Of a DNA stretch of 64,000 nucleotides, positions 10,067 through 21,456 are shown piece after piece; the stretch's first letter is position 1; each line of letters opens with the position of its first letter. The translations under genes and the position numbers were made by a program. Origin of the DNA: Rhizophagus irregularis (lineage: Eukaryota); contig NC_089432.1 of the NCBI RefSeq assembly GCF_026210795.1, positions 2,232,001-2,296,000 on the forward strand, in the 5' to 3' direction. Under the pieces are notes generated by a model that searched no databases, had not been told where the DNA came from, and worked only from the letters and a program-made list of their open reading frames with translations.

Positions 10067-11626
10067 TATATGCTTTAGTTAAATTACTATGAATATCCAT
10101 CCAGAATCTCAATCGGATTCCTCTCTCTATATATATATATTTCACTCTTATCATTTCTATTTTTGATCTTCTAAACATTCTTTCATCTTTAAATAGATTA
10201 CTTCTTTCAATCTTAGATTCCATCTTTCGGTTCTATATATTTACTACGTCATATTTTACTATTAATTTTTTTGCTGCGCCTCGAAATTTCAAAAATTTTT
10301 CTAAGTCCACGATCTCCTCAGGCTGCGGAGGTTTTTTACTGCGCCATAAAATTTATCTTTTATCACCGATTTCCCTAATTTCACATGTCACATCTTTTCG
10401 TCACCGTGATTCATAGTTTCACTTATCACCTCTTTTTGTCACATCTTTTTGTCACATCTTTTTGTCACCAAGATCCATAATTTCACATATCACAAACTTT
10501 ACGAAAATTTTGGAGTTTCAAGGTTTGCGAATTTCCAATCTTTCTTATCGTCCACATAAATCCTTCTTACTATATATTCTATATTATATAAATTAATCTA
10601 TAACACACAAAATGTCGTTCTTTTCAGATAAATGTCTTTCTTTTCAAATAAATGTTCTTTTTCAAATAAATGTCCTTCTTTTCGGATTTTACTCTATTAT
10701 TAAATACTGCACGTAATGTTCATTATACGGCTCGTTAATGTGTAAATATCCTTCTATTTTTTCTTCTTTTAACGGAACATTGTAATGAAAGCGTGAACTA
10801 GGACACTACACCAGGAACCCTCATCTGAAATGTAGCCTAGGACCTGTAACAATACAACGTATCCGTCTTTTCCTTCTTCGTTGGCCGACTTGTTTCTCAA
10901 CGGGTGAATCTAACCTTCCAAAATCCAGTTTCGAAAGTCATCTGCTATCCTCAAAACTCATCTAACCAACTTTCTTAAATTGGTGGACCTATACTGGGCT
11001 TATCTCTATCTTTTTCCCATTGGGTAAAAGCATGATAGTTTACAGGTTTGTCCCATTTTATCCATTCAATGTTTCTTGATAGTAGGTGTCTTTACAATTT
11101 TCATTTCCCGTCCCCAAAGCAATTCGCGCGTTATTGAGCTGGGTATCCAGATTTGACGTAACCCATACGTTATAATCTTTAATGTCGAAGAATAAAAATT
11201 TTCCAATCTTGAGCATTTATCTAAAATCCAAACTCAGAGGTAACCCATACCACACAGATGAACCCCGGATAATACATTGGTGTTCTCCCATTATTAATCT
11301 TTATTCCAAAATTTATCTTTCGCTTCCACATCTCCTTATGAAATTTCTCAGGTACTTTATTCCCGAAAGAAACATTCTTGTGCTTTCTATCGATTAAGTG
11401 ATTACTTGCACAACTCCAAACTCCAATCTTTCGCCTTTTCAAGTTTTTAACTCGTTAAATCCTCATTGATTTATTGGTTCCTTTTGAACTCGTCAAAACC
11501 TGAAATCTAAAAATAAATTCTAAAATAAAATATTGATTAATAATACCTATCAGTGACTTACTAACGAAATTAAATTTTCATATTCATTATAATAATAATC
11601 ATGTGATGATGATCATTTCCTTTCTT

Positions 11627-11640
11627 GCGAGCATGCACCA
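11627..11640 (-). promoter_or_regulatory. Primer binding site, possibly tRNA-Gly
   Basis: The minus strand reads TA-TGGTGCATGCTCGC right after the 5' LTR. TGG pairs with tRNA CCA, and ...AUGCACCA resembles eukaryotic tRNA-Gly 3' ends. The tRNA identity is tentative. Confidence 0.75.
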
Positions 11641-11642
11641 TA

Positions 11643-12846
11643 TGAGATCCCCCGATTCCCCCTGTCATCAATTTACAAGGTTGCCACATCGAACGGGCAT
11701 TCTCATGGTCGAACGAACGAATGAGAACAAACAAACGAACGAACGAACAATTAAACGAACAAGCGATTAATCAACAACATAATTAACAAGCGACACAATC
11801 ACCGAACAATACACGTCAATATACAACAACATTCTTGGTTCACAACATAAATAGCGTTAGTAATATAAAACGTTGAACGGTATAAAATAAAATTAACTTC
11901 TCTGAATTTTCCTCAATTTATATCCACTTTTACCTTTAATTTCAAACTTCGATAGCTCTCGCTACGAATTATTACTCTTCAAAAACATATATTTAATTCA
12001 TCTTAACATTTTCATTTATTTAATTAAAATTAATTAAGCGAACATTAATTAAAGTTTAGGGCGAACCTATTACCTTTAATTAACATTAAACTTCATTAAC
12101 AAATAATTAAATGAAACTTATATTTTTATTGAGTTCTGTGGATGAGAACTGTGGAATTACTTTGAATTCCGTTCTCTATATATACAATTTTTATGCTACT
12201 TTCTATTCTATCTATATACTATCTTTTATGTTCTTTACATATTATCTTTGAACTATCTTTCTAATATACTATCTATATTTTAAATACGCAAATATTACAT
12301 CGTAAAGAAATAATTTATAACCCATCTTTTATGGCTGTGCTATCTTTTCTTTAAAATAATCTTTCAAATATTATGTCGTAAAGATATAATTCATCTTTTG
12401 TGGCTGTGTTATCTTTTATATATGTTCTTTTTAATATGTTATCTTTTATATTCCATCTTTATGCCATCTTTTCATATTATCTTGTATATTATTTTGTGTT
12501 CTCCAATCTTTCCGACATTATTTTATATATTCTTTTAATCCACTTTATGTGTTTCGCTCATAATCTACCTTTTGTGGCTTATAATTATTCTTTCTTGTCG
12601 TTCTCATTGTTAAAGATCGCTAAGCCGCAAATGATCGACTCTATTTATCCTATTGGTTCTTTGTCAATCATTCAATAAATATTACATCATGTAGATCATT
12701 ACTCTTCTTAAATGTTTATCCTTTTCGGCTAATTATTTATCCATCCACGCCAATCCACGATTAATTCGTTCGTTCTTAATACTTGATAATTACATTTGGT
12801 GGTTGAATTTTATCTTCTTTTCGTACTTGATATTTGGCCGTTTACA
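11643..12846 (-). repeat. 5' LTR (1204 bp)
   Basis: Direct repeat of 2360-3563 with TG...CA ends. Confidence 0.97.
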
Positions 12847-13274
12847 ACGCACCTGCGTTTGAATGCACACCCCATGGTATAAGTCAAAAATGAGGTTTTA
12901 ACCCTTTTTGTCACAATAAGTAAAGTTGTAGAGGAGGCAAAAATACGCATATAACGTGAGGTTTCAAGGTTTATTTATAAGTGTATAAGGTATAAACTGC
13001 GTTTTATTCAATTCTCTGGTAGCATTTTTATTATATAAAAATTTCCAAAAAGGGGGTGCGTTTAAAACGCAGGCGCGTTCAAATTTTAATCCCTTCATAA
13101 TATTAAAGTTTTTTTGAAAATACTTCTAAAAATTTAATCAAAAAAATGAGGGTGAATGAAAAAATAGGGAGAGTAAAAGGGAATAAAAGAAATGAGGGGG
13201 AGTGAAGAAGGAACGAAATGGAGCAAAGGGGAATAAAAAATGAAAGGAACAAAGGGTAGTGTAAAATTGTGAAC

Positions 13275-13620
13275 ATGTCATATCAACAACAAAATAAGGC
13301 TTGCAAGGGATGTCATTGTACTAGAGAATTTTTTAATGAAAAAGGAATGATTTTGAAAAAATGTTGCAAACACTAAAATAATATTGCAAAATCACATTCA
13401 ATAAAAAATAAAAACAGTAACTTGATATGATTATTAGTTATGCAGGATATAACAGAAACAATATATAATTAATTCCTAAGTAATACTAATGAACTTTATG
13501 AAGGAGAAAATACTGAACTAAGCATGAGTTTTGATATTGAGCTATCAACGTTAGCTAATAGTGAAAGATATTGATAATTCTTGACAAAGAAAATATATCA
13601 GAGGAAAACGTGATTGATTA
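13275..13620 (+). pseudogene. Decayed Cys-containing gene or TE-gene relic; homologue at ~20270-20805 (minus)
   Basis: MSYQQQNKACKGCHCTREFFNEKGMILKKC followed by stops. The second copy reads LSYQQQNKTCKGYHTIRE..NKGIVLQKC. Confidence 0.5.
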
Positions 13621-15127
13621 TATTAACGAGTTAGAGTTTTGGTGTTTAAAGATCAAGACGTGATAGAAGTGGACGATCGCAACTTCTGGAATCTGTTATC
13701 AAAACAATTAACTGAATGTGAGATCGTAACAAACGATGTCATTCTGACGTATCGACAGTATTATCTTTTTTTTTTAGGGCAAGGTTTTTTTTAGGATAGT
13801 TTTCGTGTATATGGATTTTTTGCTATATATCGTAGATAGTAATTTATTTTACAAAAATGTACGTGGTGCACCACGTTGTCAATGCAACTAGCAAAATAAC
13901 CATTACAAATCTTTATTTATTTTGGAACAGTTAATTTATATTTAGAGTCCAACAGTATAAAGGGGTTAACTGTTAGTTTTTACAAGTGACTGACTAAAGG
14001 AGAAGGTTGATTAACTTTGTTTAGTGATGCGAAGAATAACAAAGGTTGGTATGGCAGAAGATTACATTTTTAATTCTAGAATTTTAAATGTAGTTATACA
14101 AACATTTTGTATAAGTTTTCTTCACCTTATTCAAATAAAATCATAACGCTCTTACCAAAAAAAAAAAGAAAATATTAATTGTAAATTGGGCGTTATATAG
14201 TATCTCTTGTATCAGAAGATGATGAGTACATATGGGTTTACCATATTAAGAACTAGAAAAAGCACACTCTTCTTTTGACATAGCATGTTTAATATTTGTA
14301 ATATATAAGAACAAACTATTTAACGAAAATCAAGTTAACAATTATAATATTCGCAAATAAAATACATAATCTGTTAGGCGAAAGTAAGTAAAATGTAATA
14401 TCTTAATAGCTTATTTTAATAAATAATAAAATTAAAAGTAATAAAATATTTTTGTTAACAGACTATACAACTTATATTTGTTATAATATGTAAATAATCA
14501 AACAGATCATGTGCGCAGATCAAGTTTAACCTATCGACAAATCCGGCTACCATTTTTTTATGGTAATGTTAGGGTTTTTTGGAATTGTACATTTCCCTAT
14601 ATCCTTTCAAGGACTATTATGATACGTAAAAACATATCCAATTTTTTTATAGGGAAAGAACTAATCATTTTTATTTCGCAATGTATTATTTCATTGATTA
14701 TAGAAATGAAAATAAATAATTAATAATTAATATTCTATTTATTCTAAAAAGTATAAATATTTTATCTACAAAATCAGTAATATATCATATTATTACTATA
14801 TCAATGTTTTAAACTGTAACCATGATAAAAAATTGATTTATTATTAATATAAATATCTATATTTTATCTTTGGAGCTGGATTATAAAGCCTTAGTTTGTA
14901 ATTTATAATGTTAGTCATTCCATTAAAATAATTTAAAAACTAATTGACATAAAATTATTGTATACAAAGTATAGATTATCTATAGCAGAGTGTTTGAACC
15001 CGCGGTAGGGATTAACATAGATTAACCAAGTGCGCAACGTAAGGTTAGTGCTTTTACACTTTATTACAATAAAAGCAATTTTAATAAGTAAATAAACAAA
15101 CATTAATTTTAATGAAATGGTTTTGCA

Positions 15128-15992
15128 ACCTCAACCGGAATGGCTCATCCTCAATGTAATTTAGCCAGAGAATATTTGGACCATTTGTGGACATGTTCTT
15201 GCACTCTTCCCTCGTTCAATCATAAAGAAACACATCAATTGCTTGTAGATGCTCTCCGCACTAATTTGCTTCAGGCACTTAAAAGTACCACATCTTTGAT
15301 ACCGCTACCTGATAATTTCGCTCATGAACTGCTGGATTGTTGGAATATGCGCCCACCTAACAACAATTGTTTATGGCTTACTAGAGGGTTGATTCCGTCT
15401 CCTTTGGCCAACTTACTTCACACTTATTTTTCTTCCAACACAATTATTAAGTGTTTGGCTCCGCTTATGTACGACTTCCATTTTAAATTGTATGTGGAAA
15501 TTTGGATGTGCAGTTGTGCCTTTTTTCACCATTGGAAGCGCTCATTGTGACTCTCTTCAAAGAAATCGAAACCAACACAACACAAACCTTCTCCCTCTCC
15601 TTCTGCTCCTCTAAGAATAGATACATCACTTTCTAGTTTCTCCGGTGGCAGGGCATCTGGACTCCTGATGGGTTTCCTGGGTTTCCTCTTCTATAGTTCA
15701 AGGTGGATCATGGATTTCACATTTGGATTTTCTGCACCGCTTAACAGTTCAGCCTCTTGGTCTCAGGGCTTCTTTCGGATCGGATTGATTCTTTAGGATA
15801 TGCTGGATAGTTGACTCACACTGACCTTTGGATAAAGTTTGGGTATGCGATTCTGTAATTGATTACTGGTTTTAGTCTAGTTTTCTTTATTGTATGGGTC
15901 GTGAAGCTACCCTTTTATTTTTATTTTGTTAGAATGTTTAATTTCGTTTTATTTAAAATTTAATAAAAATATTGTCGATAGACTGTTTGCAC
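15128..15992 (+). mobile_element. 5'-truncated LINE 3' fragment
   Basis: 16-bp TSD ATGAAATGGTTTTGCA (15112-15127 and 15993-16008). ORF 15140 contains EYLDHLWTC and LYVEIW, matching the ORF2 C-terminus (ETNEHFWTC, IYELLW). Confidence 0.8.
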
Positions 15993-16300
15993 ATGAAATG
16001 GTTTTGCATAGGATAAATTCAGTGCTGACAATTTTGTCAATGTTCTAACAATTTTGTCAGCTCAGTGCTGATCTTTTTTCAGTAACGGAGGACATTTTGT
16101 CAGCGCCGAGCTGGTATATTCCATTTTTTCCGTAAAAGCCCATATTTCCGGAATTAATAACCTTATATCACGGAATTTATCGAATTATTTACATTTTCCG
16201 TGAATGGATCAAATCCAGATATCAGAACTGTGAAAACCTGTATGGTACGCCTGATCACCTATATTAGGCACGGAGTATTCAATATGGAGGTGTGTGTCAT

Positions 16301-16595
16301 TAGCCCTGTTCATTTCTAGATTGGACCGGATTGATCGCAAATTTGTACCCCAAAATAATTGGTTACTGATGCGGTCAGCGGTCGGTCAAGCCGATCTACA
16401 AAAATTGGTGTTTTTCCCTGATCAATTTTATAATAAACATAATCATAAACAACAACTACGTGTTTTTGCCCTATAAGCTATTATGGATATATAACCAATC
16501 CAATCAATCAAAAATTGTGCTCAATTGTAACTATGATCTGATTGGTTATACATTTTTTCAGTCAATCTGATATGATCTAGAAATGAACAGGGCTA
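16301..16595. mobile_element. MITE
   Basis: Perfect 21-bp inverted ends TAGCCCTGTTCATTTCTAGAT. The TSD can be read as TA or ATT. Confidence 0.8.
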
Positions 16596-16602
16596 TTGTT
16601 GG

Positions 16603-16690
16603 AACTACCCCAAGAGCACCCCAAAAATTCTGCGTAAATCATGTGATCATCACATATCACATGATTTACGCAGAATTTTTTGGGGTAGTT
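16603..16690. repeat. Short hairpin / mini-MITE
   Basis: AAAAATTCTGCGTAAATCATGTGAT (16623-16647) and its exact reverse complement (16656-16680), with an outer pair AACTACCCCA/TGGGGTAGTT. Confidence 0.75.
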
Positions 16691-17919
16691 GTAGTTGCTG
16701 GTTATAAATAACTTTTCTCTATATTTATTTATTTATTTATTATAATTTGTCGTTAATTCACTTAAAAGTAAATGTATATAATAATACTATATATTACTAA
16801 TATCATACTATAAAACTAACAAACTTATATAGCACCTAACTACTAATACTAACTATTTTTATTTTTCCTTTATTATACGTTGGTAATTTTTCACGATCTT
16901 CTCTAATTCTTTATCATCCTCTTCGTTAACATCGTTTTGATTATTACCTATTTCATCCTCATTTTATAATCTACTTCGAAAAGACACGTTTAAATATTCA
17001 TATTCTTGAACTTTTTATGTTAGAACGCCTCGTTTAACTGCTTCTTCTCATTCTTTCCTTGATATAACAATCTTGTAATTGCTGGTCTAAAACGTTTATG
17101 GAACCATCCGAAGCTCTTAATATCTTTTGGATTCCTATGAACTTTCCAAACTTTTTCAAGTCCTCCTTGTTCTATGGAATTCGTTATCTCTTCTATTCTT
17201 TCTTGATTTGTAAAAGTCGCCAAGAGTACTACTTTCCATTAAATCTTACTTTTTTATCCTTTATAGTCTTGTTTCCATAATCTCAAGCTCCTGTTTTATT
17301 CTCTCCTTTTTTTTAAGAAATTTATATTCTTGTCACTTGTATGCTTCTTTTTTGTCCTCGAGCGAATTATTTCTATTGAACCATTTAAACATATGCGGGG
17401 TCCCGTTTATATTCAATCCAATGAAACGACATTCCTTTGGCTGCGAAATCATTGTTGTAATCTTTCAATGATTTCATTTCAGCTTTAACGGTTTGAAATT
17501 TATAAAATTTTTTAATCTTTAGACTTTTAAATATCCTAATGCTTTTAAACTTAAGTGGCTACAACTTGTGCCAGAATAATAAATTACGTGATTCTTTTAC
17601 TGTACATATCTTCCTTTGCTAACCAGAATAATTTCGGTAAATTATTTATGCGATTTCTTAGATTTTTAAGATTTACCGCAATCTTTTTTATGCACTCCTG
17701 AAGTTTATATTTCACAATTACGTCTTTGCTTATTTCTGTGTAACAATTCTCGTGAATTATTGCCGATCATGAAAATGAATATTTGGAAAATTTGGAAAAC
17801 AAATGTACTAATTAAATGAATGATCGACACGGAGACACGCGACATCTATAAATATAATTTTTTTGTTTCACAAATACAATTTCACTAATTCTTAAGTTTC
17901 AAACTTTTGTAATTTAAAT

Positions 17920-19880
17920 ATGTCCGGATTTACTCTACCAACCGGAGATTCATATAATGAGTGTATTAATTGGATTGAAGAAGCTATTGGTAAAAAACAT
18001 ATTAAATATTATGAATACAACCAATTTAACAACATTGAAGAAATTGGTTCCGGGAGCTTTGGAACTGTCTACCGTGCGAAATGGAAAAATTCTCACAGTT
18101 ATATAGCGTTAAAATCTTTTTTTAATTTAAACAATGTTACAATTAAAGAAATTGTTAATGAGGTAATAATAAATGTAATACAGTATAATATATCATTTTC
18201 ATTTATTGTTAATTCTAATTTAAAATTATATTCATGATTTAGCTTAAACTTCAGCGTGAAGTGGATTTCCATGAGAATATTATTCATTTTTTTGGCATTA
18301 CAACACGTATGATAAATATTATATTATGTAATATCAGCTTTATAAAATTTGAACTAAAGTTAAATGATTATTTTTTTTAATAGAAAATCAAAATGATAAT
18401 TTTAAAAAATATTGGTTAGTAATGGAGTATGCTAATAATGGTACTCTTCATGAATATTTGAAGAGACATTTTGATACTCTTAATTGGAGCGATAAATTTA
18501 GTCTGGCACTTCAGTTAGCTCATGCTGTATTATGCCTTCATGATGAAGGAATCGTTCACCGTGATCTGGTAATTTATTTATATTTACTAATTTATATTAT
18601 ATTAAATTTATATATTAATTCATTTATTTAACATATTTAAATATTAAATAGCATTCTAAAAACATATTAGTCCGTCAAAATACCATCAAGTTGGCAGATT
18701 TTGGACTGTCAAAAAGGATTGATGAATCATATAGGACGCGATCAGATTTACTTGGTGTAGTTCCATATATTGATCCAAAAAAATTTAATATACAACCATA
18801 TTCTTTAGATAAAAAAAGTGATATTTATAGTATTGGTGTACTTCTGTGGGAGATATCAAGTGGTCAGCTGCCTTTTGATGAAATATCATCTTATGGTTTA
18901 ATTGTACGAATTCCACAAGGTCTTAGAGAAATACCTGTTCCCGACACACCTACTGCTTATGTTAATCTTTATACTGGTATGTGTTATTATCGAATGTTAT
19001 TAAATTATCATTATTTTGATCAGATAAAAATTAATTATTTTTTTTTTTAGAATGTTGGGATGGAGAACCAGATAATCGTCCGACTATTAGCCAAGTAGTT
19101 GCCAAGTTAAAAGTATTAAATAGTAGTAGTCAAATTAACAATGATTTTAGTAAAATTGTTGATGAGATAATTAATCTCCCTAATAAGACTGGGGATGAAG
19201 TAGAAAAACAAGAAATTCTTAATTATCTCAAAAATCATAGTGTGACTTTAAAAGAAATTTATAATTGGTTATTAAATGATCGAAATAATACGAATTCTAT
19301 TGTTCTACTTGGAGATTTTAATCTTTTTGGAATTGAAATTAATGTTGATAAAAAAAAAGCATTTGAATTATATCAAAAGGCTTCAAATTTAGGGAATACA
19401 GATGGAGTAGCTAGTTTAGGAGATTGCTATTGGAAAGGAGACGGAACTGATGTTGATAAAAAGAAGGCATTTGAATTATATCAAAAGGCGGCAGATTTAG
19501 GAAATGCAACTGGAATAAATAATCTAGGATATTGTTATGAAAATGGAATTGGAACAAACATCGATAAGAAAAAAGCATTTGAATTATATCAAAAGGCAGC
19601 AAAATTAGTACTTTCAGCTGGAATAAATAATTTGGGATATTGTTATGAAAATGGAACTGGAATCAGAATGGATAAGAAAAAGGCATTTGAGTTATTCCAA
19701 AAGGCAGCTAATTTAGGAGATAGTATAGCACAATATAATTTTGCTTTAACGTATGAATATGGAGGAAGAGTTGCTAGAAATATAGATCAAGCAATTTATT
19801 GGTATAAAAGATCTGCTGATCAAGGATATCAAAAAGCTCAAAATAAATTGAAAAAATGCTTAAAAAGAAAGAGGGAGTAA
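17920..19880 (+). CDS. Protein kinase (TKL/tyrosine-kinase-like) with 5 C-terminal Sel1 repeats; 5 exons, ~548 aa
   Basis: Exons 17920-18162, 18243-18306, 18384-18568, 18652-18976, 19051-19880, all GT-AG, total 1647 nt in frame. Motifs [37 protein letters not shown]. Confidence 0.92.
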
Positions 19881-20269
19881 TATAATTTATTTTTTTTATT
19901 AAGTTATTAATGTCATGGCCATCATGTTCGACTTTCAAATGATTATTTTACCAGTTATAATTTAATAAATAGAATCCATTTTTAATTTATCATTAGCAGT
20001 GCCACAATTTATGGAAATATTCTAGTATATAAAATAAAAGTACATATAAGTCATTTCTTACATTAAATGTTTTAACTAATACATATATAAATTTGTAAAT
20101 AACATTAACAAACTCCAAAATCGACAAGTCATGTTATTACACGCTTTTCTTTGTCCTGTTACTTGTTTAACATGTCTTTTATTAGCTAGTACATTTATAA
20201 TTTTAATTTCACCACTTTTCATTTATGACACAGTTATATACAGTATATAATGCTGCAATACAATACATA

Positions 20270-20805
20270 TAAATTTTTTGTCCTAATATTCAGTAGTATC
20301 AGTAATAACAAATGAAAGCTACAATATTATTCCCAATACATCATTGTGTTATTCTTGGTATAGTTTTGCAATTTTTTAATGTTGTAATATCAACATTCAT
20401 TTTAATTTTCCAACAATTTGAAATTTGGCCGAATTTTCTTTAATCACCTTTTGGTTATTGCATTCGTCTTAAATAGAACAGTAAATTAAATAATTATAAA
20501 TAGAATTTAAAAATACCTTATCGTTACCCAATATTCCATCAAATAAGCTAAATCAGTTTCGCAAATACGTTATTCTCCATCATCATTTTCAATAACTAAT
20601 ATAATTATCACCACTATCGAAAACTTAATTACATATTAGTGAAAAATTTGAAGTTTTACGCTCTAGAGAATACCATATATTTTTTTATGTTATCCCAAGT
20701 ATTCCCAACATTTAAGACACTTTTGCAATACAATTCCTTTATTATTTAATGTTCTCTAATAGTATGGTACCCTTTACAAGTCTTGTTTTGTTGTTGGTAC
20801 GACAA
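20270..20805 (-). pseudogene. Decayed homologue of the 13275 relic
   Basis: N-terminal similarity to 13275, with frameshifts and stops. The left boundary is approximate. Confidence 0.4.
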
Positions 20806-20902
20806 TGATTATGTTTGAAAGGAAAATGAAAAAAAGTTTACGTGGCTTGTAAACTGTAAAGTATTATATATGTTTACCAAAAATCATCATCCGGGTCATG
20901 TG

Positions 20903-21130
20903 CATAGTGCTTCGATCCGTAGCGGTTTTATCCGGATTTTCATCCGGATTGAATTTCATTAAATTTCGCTGGCACTATGAGTTTGGCCAGAATTAGTATG
21001 AATTTTTGGGATAATAATACTTTAATGTTGGTTTAAATTATAGTCTGTTTAAATCTGAAATTCATAATCTTTCTCAGCCATAATCGTCACATGAAAATAT
21101 TCAAGTTTTCATCCGGATCGAAGCACTATG
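20903..21130. mobile_element. MITE with 17-bp TIR and 5-bp TSD
   Basis: TIR CATAGTGCTTCGATCCG (20903-20919 and 21114-21130); TSD ATGTG (20898-20902 and 21131-21135). Confidence 0.85.
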
Positions 21131-21456
21131 ATGTGCATAGATCATGCGTCCCAACAATTTATCTTTTTTCATGGGTTTGTTCCGGAATCCATTTACCCAC
21201 CAAATTTCTACCCACGTGACTTTTTGCCGGCATTATGGAATTAAGATATTATCCATGTATGTGATGAATAATTGAAAAGTTTTGCCGAAAAAACTTTTTC
21301 TGCCGATCGCTCAGACCAAAAAATTAGTGAAAGAAAATTTTGATTTTACAGTTTAACTATATTTTTAACCCATAAATTTTATTACAAAATCACACTCCTC
21401 AGCATAAAAAAGTTTTATTTTTGATATAAAAATATACATTTTAATATTTTACAATC

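Larger units (their letters stand above)
2360..12846 (-). mobile_element. Ty3/Gypsy LTR retrotransposon, full length and young; integrase core absent, NMP-kinase-like domain fused to RT-RH
   Basis: Two 1204-bp TG...CA LTRs, TSD ACGC (2356-2359 and 12847-12850), PBS, PPT, and domain order gag-PR-RT-RH. Confidence 0.97.
2339..13095. mobile_element. Small MITE (~270 bp without the insert) whose left TIR is split by the LTR element
   Basis: Joining 2339-2359 to 12851 onward gives AAGGGTTTAAAATTTAAACGCACCTGCGTTT. This matches the reverse complement of ~13065-13095 (AAGGGATTAAAATTTGAACGCGCCTGCGTTT). Confidence 0.75.

Noticed and set aside
16860..17460. Minus-strand coding-like relic including ORF 17020-17223
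   Set aside because: It looks like decayed coding DNA with stops, but I recognise no family, so it is not called.
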